A DNA stretch of 64,000 nt from an uncultured Clostridia bacterium. Its GTDB lineage: Bacteria > Bacillota > Clostridia > Christensenellales > Aristaeellaceae. The stretch is taken from contig CAMFCQ010000001.1 of NCBI GenBank assembly GCA_945948915.1, positions 32,560 through 96,559 of the forward strand, read 5' to 3'. Position numbers and translations under genes: made by a program. A model generated the notes under the pieces. The model had not been told where the DNA came from. It saw nothing but the letters and a program-made list of their open reading frames with translations, and did no database searches. Shown here one piece after another: positions 27,731 to 39,012 of the stretch (position 1 is the first letter of the stretch; each line of letters begins with the position of its first letter).

Positions 27731-29435
27731 GCGTACGCACCTCCCTGTCCGCATCGATAAAGCGCTCCACAAACGCCTCCGGCGCGTCCACACCGCAGGA
27801 TTTCGCCAGCGCAAAGAGGCTCGTCTCCTTGAGCGCGGCGCGGCGCACCAGAATGCCGTCGCAGAGCACCTGTGCGGCGCTCCTGTCCGCGATCATCTCG
27901 CCCTCGCTGAAGACCAGCGCGCGCGGCGTGTACTCGAGCATCAGGTGCATGTCGTGGGTGATCATCACGACCGTCACGCCCTGTGCGTTGAGCTCGCGAA
28001 GAAACTCCATGATCTCGGTGTAGTGCTGAAAGTCCTGTCCGGCGGTCGGCTCGTCGAGGATGATCATCTGCGGGCCCATGACCAGCACGCTGGCGATGGT
28101 CACGCGCTTCTTCTGGCCGAAGGAAAGCGCGGAGATGGGCCAGTTGCGGAAGGGATACAGGCCGCAGATGCGCAGCGTCTGCTCCACCTTCTCGCGAATC
28201 TGTTCCTCTGTATAGCCCCTGCGGCGAATGCCCAGCGCCACCTCGTCGTAGATCATGGTCTTGGAGATCATCTGGTTCGGGTTCTGCAGCACATAGCCGA
28301 TGCGCGAAGCGCGCTCGCGGATGGACATGTCCGCCATATCCTCGCCGTCAAAGCACATTGTGCCGTCGTCCGGCGTCTCAAAGCCGCAAATCAGCTTGGA
28401 GAGCGTCGATTTGCCCGCGCCATTGCGGCCAACGATGGCGACCATCTCGCCTTTGCCGATGGAAAAGCTCACGTCGCGCAGCGTCGGCCTGTCCGGCGCA
28501 TAGCCAAAGCTCAGATGGCGCACCTCCAGCAGCGGCTTCTGCGGCGCAGCCTTCTCTCCGGCCGCCGCAGCCTGAAACCACGCGCGCACCTTTTCCTTCT
28601 GCGCCTCGCAGAGCGCCAGCGTGCAGATTTGCGCCGGACGCAGCGCCGGGGTCACATCCACGCCCGCGTAGCGCAGCGCCGTCAGGTACAGCGGCTCGCG
28701 GATACCGTGGGCCTTAAGCAGGTCGGTGGAGAGCAGCTCGTCCGGGCGCATGTCCGCCGCGATGCGGCCCTCGCTCATCAGCACGATGCGATCGACGCTG
28801 CGCCAGAGCACGTCCTCGAGCCGGTGCTCGATGATGATGACCGTCGTACCCGTCTTCCTCTGAATCTCGTCGATCAACTCAATCGCCTGCTTGCCAGCCG
28901 CAGGATCGAGATTGGCCAGCGGCTCGTCAAACAGCAGCACCTTCACCTGATCGACCATCACGCCCGCCAGGCTCACGCGCTGCTTCTGCCCGCCGGATAG
29001 CTCGTGCGGCGCAGACTCCAGACGATCCTCGATCTCCACCAGCTTCGCCGTACGCGCCACGATCTCCTTCATTTCGTCCTGCGGCGTGCACGCGTTTTCC
29101 AGCGCGAAGGCGATGTCCTCGCCCACCGTCAGCCCGATGAACTGGCCGTCCGGATCCTGCAGCACCGTGCCCACATGCGCCGACAACTCAAAGATACCCG
29201 CCCTGGGCGCGTCCACGCCGTCCACCGTCAGTTCGCCCTTTACCTCGCCGGGGAAGGAGAACGGGATCAGGCCGTTAATGCAGCTGCCCAGCGTGCTCTT
29301 GCCGCTGCCGGAGGGCCCGGCAATCAGGATGCGTTCGCCCGGCATGATCGCAAGGTTGATCTCCTGCAGCGTCGGGCGCTTCTGCGCGCGGTACTGAAAC
29401 GAGAAATCCTTAAAGGAAATGATCGGCGTGGTCAT
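27720..29435 (-). CDS. Fused ECF ATPase (two ABC nucleotide-binding domains, EcfA-EcfA')
   Basis: Two Walker A motifs (GPSGSGKST and GRNGAGKST), two LSGGQ-type signatures (LSGGQKQR and LSFGQKKR) and two Walker B motifs (LLFDEP and IILDEP). ATG 29435 is preferred over the track start 29471. Confidence 0.85.
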   Translation of the reverse strand: MTTPIISFKDFSFQYRAQKRPTLQEINLAIMPGERILIAGPSGSGKSTLGSCINGLIPFSFPGEVKGELTVDGVDAPRAGIFELSAHVGTVLQDPDGQFIGLTVGEDIAFALENACTPQDEMKEIVARTAKLVEIEDRLESAPHELSGGQKQRVSLAGVMVDQVKVLLFDEPLANLDPAAGKQAIELIDEIQRKTGTTVIIIEHRLEDVLWRSVDRIVLMSEGRIAADMRPDELLSTDLLKAHGIREPLYLTALRYAGVDVTPALRPAQICTLALCEAQKEKVRAWFQAAAAGEKAAPQKPLLEVRHLSFGYAPDRPTLRDVSFSIGKGEMVAIVGRNGAGKSTLSKLICGFETPDDGTMCFDGEDMADMSIRERASRIGYVLQNPNQMISKTMIYDEVALGIRRRGYTEEQIREKVEQTLRICGLYPFRNWPISALSFGQKKRVTIASVLVMGPQMIILDEPTAGQDFQHYTEIMEFLRELNAQGVTVVMITHDMHLMLEYTPRALVFSEGEMIADRSAAQVLCDGILVRRAALKETSLFALAKSCGVDAPEAFVERFIDADREVRTHGG

Positions 29436-29565
29436 GGTATCGTCCTCTCTGCGCGCGCCCTTTTCCGACAAGCTTCACAGGCAGGCCATGCCCGCTGCAC
29501 GATTCCTGGCGCAATTCCCTGCTGCAAAAAAGGCAGGGTTACCCCTGCCTATCATAAACGATGGA

Positions 29566-30114
29566 TTATTCCGCGTCAAGGGTTCCCTTGCCCGCGATGG
29601 TCTTGCTGTACGCGGCGCACAGCAGCGCGCCGATCACGACGGCAGTGATGGAGTTCGCGACGGCGGCCATCGCACCCTGCGCGAAGACCTTAGCGGCCGG
29701 CTCGGCGTAGATCGCGATATCCAGCACCGGAGCGATCACCAGCCAGGCGATGACGTTGGCGATCACGTTGATCACGGCGAAGGCAATGATCTCCTTCTTG
29801 CCGAAGACGCCCTCGCTGATGGGCAGCTTGCGGCCCATGAAGCCCACGGCCGCGCCCACGGCGGTGGACGCCAGCACCCAGCTCCACCACGGCGCGCCGC
29901 CCCAGGACAGGTCAATCAGCGTGTGGCCGATGAAGCCGATGAGCGCGCCCGCAACCGGGCCGTACATCGTGGCAAGCATGCCCAGAATGGCGTACTGCAC
30001 GGAGATGTTGGTATTCGGAATGCCGCTGGGAATATTCACAAAGCGGCCCAGGACAAAGAACAGCGCCGCGCCGATGCCAACGGCCACGACGGTCTTGATG
30101 GAGTTCTTCTTCAT
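29566..30114 (-). CDS. ECF transporter substrate-specific (S) component, UPF0397-like; substrate unknown
   Basis: MKKNSIKTVVAVGIGAALFFVLGRFVNIP..., ~6 TM segments over ~180 aa. ATG 30114 is preceded by GAGAGG. It lies directly upstream of the fused A-A' and T genes, the dedicated group-I ECF layout. Confidence 0.7.
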   Translation of the reverse strand: MKKNSIKTVVAVGIGAALFFVLGRFVNIPSGIPNTNISVQYAILGMLATMYGPVAGALIGFIGHTLIDLSWGGAPWWSWVLASTAVGAAVGFMGRKLPISEGVFGKKEIIAFAVINVIANVIAWLVIAPVLDIAIYAEPAAKVFAQGAMAAVANSITAVVIGALLCAAYSKTIAGKGTLDAE

Positions 30115-30301
30115 TGTGCTTGCGTACCTCTCTATATCGTCGGTGGGAAAAGGTTTACTCAGCAAGTATAAGGCTTTACGCGTTTTTTGTCAACCATTTC
30201 AGCAGTCGCGCAGGATTTACAAAGCGTCAAGCATCGTGTATACTGTTATCGGCATTTCCCGTTTGATATATTTTGATCACAACTGAGGAGAAATTTACAT
30301 C

Positions 30302-31720
<1,419 letters not shown>

Positions 31721-31728
31721 GCAGACAA

Positions 31729-31754
31729 AAGCGGCGGCCGGATGGCCGCCGCTT
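31729..31754. terminator. Bidirectional terminator between convergent genes
   Basis: AAGCGGCGGCC-GGAT-GGCCGCCGCTT. TTTTG follows on the minus strand and TTGA on the plus strand. Confidence 0.7.
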
Positions 31755-31766
31755 TGATCATGCTGA

Positions 31767-32339
31767 TTACGTCCTCTTTTTCCTCTTTTCCCCCGAGCCG
31801 CCCCTGGCCAGCTCCAGAATCGTCTTCAGGTTGAACGTGGTCAGCTTGTACGGCTTCGTCCAGGAAAGCCCCGTCGCCTTCTCCATGAACGTCCTGAACG
31901 GGTTCAGCTCCGTGCCCAGGGACGCCTTCTCCAGCATATACGCTGCCTGGGCGCTGACGAACAGATAGCAGTAGCCGTCGTCCTCAACCAGCCGCATGAT
32001 CTTTCCGTAATCCACCACGTCCTGATTCTGCGCCAGCAGCACAAAATGCTTGTCGTAGAATTCGTAGCGGTTGGTCGGGTATTCGCCGTGAAGCGCCTCC
32101 ATGATACTCTGAGCGCGGTTCTTCGCCGGGAAATTGAGGCTCACCAGCAGCCAGCAGCCCACCAGCGCGAAGACGAGCCCTGCCACGCTGCTGAGATTCC
32201 ACGCGCCCAGCACCGTCAGCGCCAGGCCAAGCAGCGCCATCAGCACCTTGCGCCCAAAGCAAAAGGTGTCGTCCTGCACCCTGCACATGCGCACGATGGT
32301 GTCGTAGCTGTGACGAATCTGCGCGGTAAATCGCTTCAT
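31767..32339 (-). CDS. Small membrane protein, YcxB-like (tentative)
   Basis: 190 aa with two central TM segments (LMALLGLALTVLGAW..GLVFALVGCWLLV) followed by a soluble C-terminal domain and a Lys/Arg tail. Confidence 0.35.
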   Translation of the reverse strand: MKRFTAQIRHSYDTIVRMCRVQDDTFCFGRKVLMALLGLALTVLGAWNLSSVAGLVFALVGCWLLVSLNFPAKNRAQSIMEALHGEYPTNRYEFYDKHFVLLAQNQDVVDYGKIMRLVEDDGYCYLFVSAQAAYMLEKASLGTELNPFRTFMEKATGLSWTKPYKLTTFNLKTILELARGGSGEKRKKRT

Positions 32340-33343
32340 GCCTCTTCCCTCTTTGCTTTGCTTTCAAATCGTGCGCCGCACGCATACATCACGGCGCACG
32401 CCGCCGCCATCACGCCATACAGCAGCACATTGCTCACCGGCGTCTTGTCCAGCGCCCACTCGATGCCGCCCACCAGCGCCGCGCACACGCACAATCCCGC
32501 CGCGCGGCGAATGACCAGCGGTCTGCCGCCCGCGCGACCAGCGCGCAGCACCGTCACGCCGAGAATCACCACGGCGGAAATCACTTGGCTCACGCGCACA
32601 AAGCCGATCTTGGGGCAGCTGTCCATGCGCAGGCTCTCCAGCACTACCTGACAGCAGGCATACATCAGCAGCGCGGTCGTGATGCGCCTGCCCGCGCCGG
32701 CCTCGACGCGCAGCACGGCCAGCAGCATCAGCAGCGCCGCAGCCGCCTCCAGCACAAAGACCGCCAGCTGCCACTCCCCGAATTCATTCTGTACGGCGAA
32801 CGGGAAGTGCATCAGCGCAGGGCTTTCCACCCACGCGCCCACGCCCTCACCGGTCAGCCCTTCGCCCAGGCGGCAGACCGCCACAGCCAGAAGCCCCGGC
32901 GCGGCCATCTCGTCAAGCACGGACGCCGCCCTGACCCCGCGCCGCCTGGCCAGCAGCCCTGCCGCCAGCAGCGCGCCCAGCGCCGCGCCGTAGAGCATGA
33001 AGCCGCCGTCCCAGGTGCGCAGCACGCTCAGCGGGCCCATTTCCAGAAAATAGAAGCTTAACCGCGCCAGACAGTACGCCAGCCGTGCGCCCACGAACGC
33101 TGCCGGTATGCACCAAAGTGCCAGATCCAGCGCATCCACCTCACCGTTGGCAGCATCCAGGCCGCCGCTGCGATGCGCCGTCGCCGCACGCAGCTGCCGC
33201 AGCATCAGGACAGCCAGCAGCGCAGCCAGCGCCACGCACGCGCCGTACATCGAGTGCTGCATCGCCAGCGCGGGCGACGGCACGAGAAAGACAAGCGCGG
33301 CGAGCATGAGCGTCAGCAGTGCGATTTTGATACCCTTATTCAT
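32336..33343 (-). CDS. Polytopic membrane protein related to prolipoprotein diacylglyceryl transferase (Lgt-like, tentative)
   Basis: 335 aa with 7-8 TM segments. The motif WDGGFMLYGAALGALLA resembles the Lgt W-x-GG-x-x-x-GG region. It overlaps the downstream gene by 4 nt. Confidence 0.4.
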   Translation of the reverse strand: MNKGIKIALLTLMLAALVFLVPSPALAMQHSMYGACVALAALLAVLMLRQLRAATAHRSGGLDAANGEVDALDLALWCIPAAFVGARLAYCLARLSFYFLEMGPLSVLRTWDGGFMLYGAALGALLAAGLLARRRGVRAASVLDEMAAPGLLAVAVCRLGEGLTGEGVGAWVESPALMHFPFAVQNEFGEWQLAVFVLEAAAALLMLLAVLRVEAGAGRRITTALLMYACCQVVLESLRMDSCPKIGFVRVSQVISAVVILGVTVLRAGRAGGRPLVIRRAAGLCVCAALVGGIEWALDKTPVSNVLLYGVMAAACAVMYACGARFESKAKREEA

Positions 33344-33503
33344 GTTTCCCCCAGAGTCCTGTTCACAAATGTTATAACTTCATGATTCTAGCACACTTCG
33401 ATTTTCAGCGCAAGATCATGCGGGCGCGTTTGGGGAAAACCTTGACTTTTCCGTCGAAATGCTTACAATAGATCGTATGTATGCCAAAGGAGCTGTTCAT
33501 ATC

Positions 33504-34316
33504 ATGGTTCAAAAGCTCGCCGGAGTTCTCGCCCTGCTTCTGCTGCTGGCACCCGCCGCGCTCGCACAGGGCACGCCGCTGCTGCACGGCTACGACGAAA
33601 CCACCCAGGAATACGAGTACGCGACATTCGGCGTATATCCCAATGGCAAAGACGGCGAGGATGCGCCGGTGCTCTGGCGCGTGCTGGGCTGGGGCGTGCC
33701 TGCCGAAGACGATGTCATCAGCAAGGGCAACTATCCCAAGCGCACCGACAAGAAATACGCCAACAGGGACGAGCTGACGCAGGAGAACGAAGACGTCTGC
33801 CTGCTGATGACGGAATACATCATCGACACCGTGCTCTATCATCCCGAACGCGACGAGATCGATGAGCCCGGCCTTGACTACGCGGACACCTACATCCGCA
33901 ACGTGCTGTGCACGGACGTGCTGAACACGATCTTCACCAGGGAAGAGCAGGCTGTGCTGGTGGAGATGCCCGGCCGCGGCCTGCTGTCCCTCCCCTCCCG
34001 CCGCGGCGAGCTGTTCTCCCGCAGCTACGGCTTTGTGGAGGAGGACTTCGTCGCGCTCACGAGCCGCTGCACCACCGGTACGCCATATGCGTTCTCCAGG
34101 GGACTGCGCCGCATCTCCGGCAACTCCTGGTACTGGACGACCGACTGGCGCGCCCCCGGCCGCCGCTGGATTGTCGGCGACAACGGGCACATCTCCGTTT
34201 CCGGCCTGGATCGCGAGGGCGGCATCCGCCCAATCTGCTATGTCCGCACGGACATGCTCAGGATCACCGGCGGCGACGGCACGATCGACAATCCCTACCA
34301 GCTTGCAGTCAAATGA
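33504..34316 (+). CDS. Secreted protein of unknown function
   Basis: ATG 33504 is preceded by AAGGAG. Signal peptide MVQKLAGVLALLLLLAPAALA/QG. Ordinary composition, unlike the Arg/Ala-rich antisense ORF 33405..34490. Confidence 0.5.
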   Translation: MVQKLAGVLALLLLLAPAALAQGTPLLHGYDETTQEYEYATFGVYPNGKDGEDAPVLWRVLGWGVPAEDDVISKGNYPKRTDKKYANRDELTQENEDVCLLMTEYIIDTVLYHPERDEIDEPGLDYADTYIRNVLCTDVLNTIFTREEQAVLVEMPGRGLLSLPSRRGELFSRSYGFVEEDFVALTSRCTTGTPYAFSRGLRRISGNSWYWTTDWRAPGRRWIVGDNGHISVSGLDREGGIRPICYVRTDMLRITGGDGTIDNPYQLAVK

Positions 34317-34318
34317 AA

Positions 34319-34352
34319 GCATCCCTTCGGTCTGGCCGAAGGGATGCTTTTT
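34319..34352. terminator. Terminator between convergent genes
   Basis: GCATCCCTTCGG-TCTGG-CCGAAGGGATGC followed by TTTTT on the plus strand. Confidence 0.75.
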
Positions 34353-34356
34353 GCAT

Positions 34357-35232
34357 TTAGCGAATGATGATGCTCCACCGGTTGACATAGGTCTGCCCCG
34401 GCGCAAGAGACATGAGATCCTCCTGCCGCTCGAGCACCGCCGTCTCGCCCCGGCGTGCGGGCAGGGAGCGCCACGGCTCGATGCACACATACGGCGCGTC
34501 CTTCTTCGGCCAGTGCCAGATGCCCAAATACGGCATGTCCGGGAATGATACCGTCACGCTGCGCACACTGCCCGACGCTTCCAGCGTGACCTCCCGCGCC
34601 ATATCCCGCAGCACAATCGCGTCATCGTCAAACAGGCTGTGCGCAAGCGGCAGCACGGTGCCGTCCTCCAGTGGGAAGGGCGCATCCTCGCCGTTGACAA
34701 AGCAATCCGCGGAGAAACCCACACGCACAGGCGCACACGCTGTGCCGAAGCGCAGGCGGTAATCCCCAAACCTCAGCCCCTTTTCCAGCGGCACGTTGAA
34801 GCCTGGATGCCCGCCCAGACCGAAGTACATCGTGCGTGCGTCCCGGTTCTCCACCTCGTAGGCGACGGACAGCGCATTTCCTTCCAGCGCATAGATCACC
34901 CGGAAGGCAAAACGACGCGGGTACTGCGCGTAGGTTTTCTCGTTGCTTTCCAGCACAAACACCATGCGCGTATCCGTCTTTTCCGCAAGCGCGAACTCGC
35001 TTTCCGGCGCAAAGCCATGGATGGGCATGCGGTGCGTCTCGCCGTCCAGCACATACTGCCCCTGCCATAGCCGGGCGACATACGGGAAGATCGTCAGCGC
35101 GCGGTCGCCCCAGTACGCGGGATCGCCCTGCCAGAGGTATTCCGTGCCATCATGTGAGCAGATCGACCACAGCTGCGCGCCCAGGCTATTGACTGAAACC
35201 GTCAGACAGTCGTTTCCAATCGTGCAGATCAT
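34357..35232 (-). CDS. Aldose 1-epimerase family protein (mutarotase-like, LacX type)
   Basis: 291 aa: LTVSVNSLGAQLWSI...GTEYLWQGDP.YW......FPYVARL....Y.LDG....MPIHGFA. Confidence 0.75.
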   Translation of the reverse strand: MICTIGNDCLTVSVNSLGAQLWSICSHDGTEYLWQGDPAYWGDRALTIFPYVARLWQGQYVLDGETHRMPIHGFAPESEFALAEKTDTRMVFVLESNEKTYAQYPRRFAFRVIYALEGNALSVAYEVENRDARTMYFGLGGHPGFNVPLEKGLRFGDYRLRFGTACAPVRVGFSADCFVNGEDAPFPLEDGTVLPLAHSLFDDDAIVLRDMAREVTLEASGSVRSVTVSFPDMPYLGIWHWPKKDAPYVCIEPWRSLPARRGETAVLERQEDLMSLAPGQTYVNRWSIIIR

Positions 35233-36185
35233 GGATGCATGGCCTCCAGCACCTCGCTGAGCTCCGGCACGCTCTGGATGCCGCCATGCTTCGTCGTGGA
35301 CAGGCCCGCCGCCGCGCAGGCAAAGGAGACGATCTCTCTGAGTTCATCTTCCTCGAGCAGTTCAGGCGCCTTGCCGGTCTCCAGCAGCCTGTACACCGCA
35401 CTGCCGCCGAAGATGTCGCCGGCACCGGTCGTATCCACCACCCGAATGCCGCTCATGCCCGGCACATGGCCGCTCGCTTTCGCGTTCATGAAGAAGCAGC
35501 CGTCCGGGCCGCAGGTGACGAACACCAGCTTCACGCCGAATTCCTTCAGGATATGCTCCGCGCCGTCCTGCACGTTCAGGCCGAAGAGGAACGCCACCTC
35601 CTCGTCGCTGATCTTGACCACGTCCGCCTGACGAAGGCCCCAAATCATCTGTTCCTTCGCTGTGTCCAGATCCTTCCACAGCGGCTTGCGCAGGTTCGGA
35701 TCGTAGGTGATCAGCTTGCCGTGCGCCCTGGCGTAGGCGACGGCCTGCTGCGTCGCGCTGCGCGCCGGCTCGTCCGTCAGCGACAGCGTGCCGAAGTGGA
35801 ACGCCTTCGACTCGTCGATCAGAGACAGGTCGATCTCCTCAAACCGCAGGCAGGTGTCTGCACCCGGCTTGCGGGAGAAGGAAAACTCGCGGTCGCCGGA
35901 GGCGTCCAGCGTCACAAACGCCAGCGTGGTGAACACGTCGTCCGCCGCCACCAGGCCGCGCGTCTCGATGCCCGCGTCCGCCAGCGTGCCGCCAAGCAGT
36001 CGGCCAAACTTGTCCGTGCCAACCTTGCCCAGAAGCGCGGTCCTCTTGCCGTACTTCGCCAGCGCGGCCAGGAAGTTCGCCGGCGCGCCGCCGGGATGCG
36101 CGGCCATCGTCGGATAGCCCTCGCCGTCCGCGCTGACCATGGTGAAATCGATGAGCAGTTCGCCCAATGCCGTCACGTCGATCAT
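35229..36185 (-). CDS. PfkB-family carbohydrate kinase (fructokinase-like)
   Basis: MIDVTALGELLIDFT..., GGAPANF, and the C-terminal VDTTGAGDIFGG motif. ATG 36185 is preferred over the track start 36224. Confidence 0.8.
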   Translation of the reverse strand: MIDVTALGELLIDFTMVSADGEGYPTMAAHPGGAPANFLAALAKYGKRTALLGKVGTDKFGRLLGGTLADAGIETRGLVAADDVFTTLAFVTLDASGDREFSFSRKPGADTCLRFEEIDLSLIDESKAFHFGTLSLTDEPARSATQQAVAYARAHGKLITYDPNLRKPLWKDLDTAKEQMIWGLRQADVVKISDEEVAFLFGLNVQDGAEHILKEFGVKLVFVTCGPDGCFFMNAKASGHVPGMSGIRVVDTTGAGDIFGGSAVYRLLETGKAPELLEEDELREIVSFACAAAGLSTTKHGGIQSVPELSEVLEAMHP

Positions 36186-36196
36186 GATTTCACCTC

Positions 36197-36883
36197 TCAC
36201 TTGGCCGCAGGGTACTCGTTGCACAGCAGGCGGTACGGCGGTTCATCCTCTTCGATCTTCGGGAAACGGCCCACCGGCGGATTGAAGCGGTTATCCGTGT
36301 TGTCGTCGTTGCACTGGCTCACCTCGCCCAGCAGCACGGGGCCGGTGCCCTCCTCCACGGCGAAGTCGTGGTAGAGGAACTGCTGCACGTGGATGCTCTC
36401 GCCCGGGGTCAGGCGGATCTGCGTGCCGGCGGGCACGGTGTAGGTGCGGCCGTCGGTGTGCACAGTCACGTCGCTCTCATAGTCAATTTCCTCGTTGGGC
36501 AGCGAGTTGTACACGCGGATGAGCACGTTGCCGCCGCCGCGGTTGATGATGTCCTCAGTCTTGTACCAGTGGAAGTGGTTGGGCGCATACTGGCCCTCCT
36601 TGAGGTAGAGCAGCTTCTCGGCGTAGACCTTGGGATACTTGTCCGCCATGGCGCGATTGCCATTGCGGATGGTGATCAGCGAAAAGCCGAACTTGTCGAA
36701 ATTGCCCAGGCCATAATCGGTGATGTCCCAGCCGAGCATGCAGTCGCGCACCTCGTCATATTCGTGGCCGATACCCTGCCACTGCTCGGGGGTGAAATGG
36801 CAGAACGGGGGCAGATAGCAGCAGTACTTCTCGCACATGGCCTCCAGCTCGCGCAGCGCCGCGTTGACTTCAGATCGTTTCAT
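36197..36883 (-). CDS. D-lyxose/D-mannose family sugar isomerase (cupin)
   Basis: 228 aa: MKRSEVNAALRELEAMCEKYCCYLPPFCHFTPEQW...WDITDYGLGNFDKFGFSLITIRNG...HFHWYKTEDIINRGGG. Confidence 0.75.
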   Translation of the reverse strand: MKRSEVNAALRELEAMCEKYCCYLPPFCHFTPEQWQGIGHEYDEVRDCMLGWDITDYGLGNFDKFGFSLITIRNGNRAMADKYPKVYAEKLLYLKEGQYAPNHFHWYKTEDIINRGGGNVLIRVYNSLPNEEIDYESDVTVHTDGRTYTVPAGTQIRLTPGESIHVQQFLYHDFAVEEGTGPVLLGEVSQCNDDNTDNRFNPPVGRFPKIEEDEPPYRLLCNEYPAAK

Positions 36884-37023
36884 CGTTTGTCACTCCTTGA
36901 TGAGCGTTTTGTTTGATTCTATTATACACGATCTTCCCTGTCATGGACAGAGTAGAAATGATGATGAAACAGTTTTCTTCATCAAAAAGGAGCCGCTTCA
37001 CAAGAAAGCGGCTCCTGATGCGT

Positions 37024-38619
37024 TTACTTGGCAAACTCGGTGCAGCGGGTCTCGCGGATGACATTGACCTTGATCTGGCCCGGATACTCCAGCTCATTCT
37101 CGATGCGCTTGGCGATCTCGCGGGCGAGCACGGTCGTGCCCTCGTCGGAAATGTCCTCCGGCTTGACCATGATGCGCACCTCGCGGCCGGACTGGATCGC
37201 AAAGGACTTCTCGACGCCCTGGAAGCTGGAAGCGATCTCCTCGAGCTTCTCCAGACGGCGGATGTAGTTCTCGATCGACTCGCGGCGCGCGCCCGGACGG
37301 GCGGCGGAAATCGCGTCGGCAGCCTGCACCAGCACAGCCTCGACCGTGGTCGGCTCGATGTCGTTGTGGTGCGCGGCGATGCAGTGGATGACCTCCGGGG
37401 ACTCGTGGTAGCGCTTGCACATCTCCACGCCCAGCTCAACGTGCGTGCCCTCGAGCTCGTGGTCAACAGCCTTGCCGATATCGTGCAGCAGGCCGGCGCG
37501 CTTGGCCAGCGTCACGTCGGCGCCCAGCTCAGCGGCCATCAGGCCGGCCAAGTGGGACACCTCGATGGAATGCTTGAGCACGTTCTGGCCGTAGCTCGTG
37601 CGGTAGCGCATGCGGCCCAGAAGCTTGACCAGCTCATGGTGGATGCCGTGCATGTTGGTCTCAAAGATCGCCTGTTCGCCTGTCTCTCGGATCTGGTTGT
37701 CCACCTCGCGGCGGGCCTTTTCGACCATTTCCTCGATGCGGGCCGGATGAATGCGGCCGTCAGCGATGAGCTTTTCCAGCGCGATGCGCGCGATTTCGCG
37801 GCGAACCGGATCAAACGCGGAGACGATGACGGCCTCCGGCGTGTCGTCGATGATCAGATCGACGCCGGTCGCGGTTTCCAGCGTGCGGATGTTGCGGCCC
37901 TCGCGGCCAATGATGCGGCCCTTCATGTCCTCGTTGGGCAGGGAGACCACGGACACGGTCGTCTCCGCCACATGATCGGACGCACAGCGCTGAATCGCCA
38001 TCGCGACGATGTTGCGCGCCTTCTTATCCGCCTCGTTCTTGGCGTTCTGCTCGATCTCGCGAACCATCATGCCGGCATCGTGGAACGCTTCCTTCTGGAT
38101 GCGCTGCACGATCATGTCCTTCGCCTCGTCCTGCGTCATCTTGGCGACGCGCTCCAGCTCCACGCGCTGCTTCTCCTCGAGCTCCCTGACGGCCTGCTCG
38201 GCGGTCTCCGCGGCGGTCTTCTGGCGGGCGGCGTATTCCTGCGCCTCCTGTGTCAGGCGGTCGAGCTCCGCCTGCTTGCGCTCCAGCGTCGTCTCGCGCG
38301 CGTCGAGGTTATCTGCCTTCTTGTCGAGGGTCTCCTCGCGCTGGGTGATGCGGCGCTCGCTGCGCTGCACCTCAGCGCGGCGGCTGTTGATCTCGCGATC
38401 CAGTTCGTTCTTGAGGCGGATGACCTCTTCCTTCGCCTCGATGATCTTTTCCTTCTTCTTCTCCTCTGCACGGCGCTGCGCGTCATCGAGCAGATTGCGG
38501 GCGTACTCCTCCGTACGGCCGATCTTTTTTTCCTGAACGTTCTTGCGGTAGATATAGCCAACTGCCAGGCCGATGACCAGGGCAGCCAGTACGGACAAAA
38601 CGGTCAAAAAAATCGCCAA
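37024..38619 (-). CDS. rny: Ribonuclease Y
   Basis: N-terminal TM segment ([23 protein letters not shown]), a Lys/Glu-rich coiled coil, a KH domain ([12 protein letters not shown]) and an HD domain ([13 protein letters not shown]...LHDIGK). Confidence 0.9.
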   Translation of the reverse strand: MAIFLTVLSVLAALVIGLAVGYIYRKNVQEKKIGRTEEYARNLLDDAQRRAEEKKKEKIIEAKEEVIRLKNELDREINSRRAEVQRSERRITQREETLDKKADNLDARETTLERKQAELDRLTQEAQEYAARQKTAAETAEQAVRELEEKQRVELERVAKMTQDEAKDMIVQRIQKEAFHDAGMMVREIEQNAKNEADKKARNIVAMAIQRCASDHVAETTVSVVSLPNEDMKGRIIGREGRNIRTLETATGVDLIIDDTPEAVIVSAFDPVRREIARIALEKLIADGRIHPARIEEMVEKARREVDNQIRETGEQAIFETNMHGIHHELVKLLGRMRYRTSYGQNVLKHSIEVSHLAGLMAAELGADVTLAKRAGLLHDIGKAVDHELEGTHVELGVEMCKRYHESPEVIHCIAAHHNDIEPTTVEAVLVQAADAISAARPGARRESIENYIRRLEKLEEIASSFQGVEKSFAIQSGREVRIMVKPEDISDEGTTVLAREIAKRIENELEYPGQIKVNVIRETRCTEFAK

Positions 38620-38882
38620 CCCATCTCACACTCCTTCTTTGACAAACTCTCAAACACAAATTAGTCGGTCAAAAGTGTGAAGGTTGACGCAAGGCCATCA
38701 CATTGGCACACAAAACAAACCGGGAACCGGCCTTCACCTCCTGACGGGCATACTCCCCCTCCCGCAGGCAGGCAAAATGATTCCGTTTTCCGCTTATTGA
38801 ATTGATGTATCGAACGGGAAAAACCCGCTGTATGCTCTGGCGCGCGCATATCCCCGCACACGCTTTCACTTTGACTGTTTCT

Positions 38883-38911
38883 ATTGTAGCGGGGATTTTC
38901 GTGCATGTCAA
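38883..38911 (-). promoter_or_regulatory. Promoter of rny
   Basis: Reverse strand reads TTGACA (38911-38906), a 17-nt spacer, then TACAAT (38888-38883). This implies a ~255-nt 5' leader. Confidence 0.55.
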
Positions 38912-38965
38912 GACCATATGACATTAAGATGAATTTTTTGTGAAATCAGACAACGAATTACCACA

Positions 38966-38997
38966 GAAAAAGGGGCTTTGGATCACGCCAAAGCCCC
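38966..38997 (-). terminator. Intrinsic terminator of the EF-G2 gene
   Basis: Reverse strand has GGGGCTTTGG-CGTGAT-CCAAAGCCCC followed by TTTTTC, 16 nt after the stop codon. Confidence 0.85.
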
Positions 38998-39012
38998 AGA
39001 TATTCAGAAGTC

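Noticed and set aside
33405-34490. 361-aa minus-strand ORF.
   Set aside because: It is antisense to the plus-strand gene, which has an RBS, a canonical signal peptide and normal composition. It also overlaps the terminator and the end of the epimerase gene, and its product is Ala/Gly/Arg-rich.
38661-38924. 82- and 87-aa minus-strand ORFs upstream of rny.
   Set aside because: They overlap the rny promoter and leader, lack an RBS, and have Cys/Arg/Gly-rich compositions atypical for this genome's proteins.
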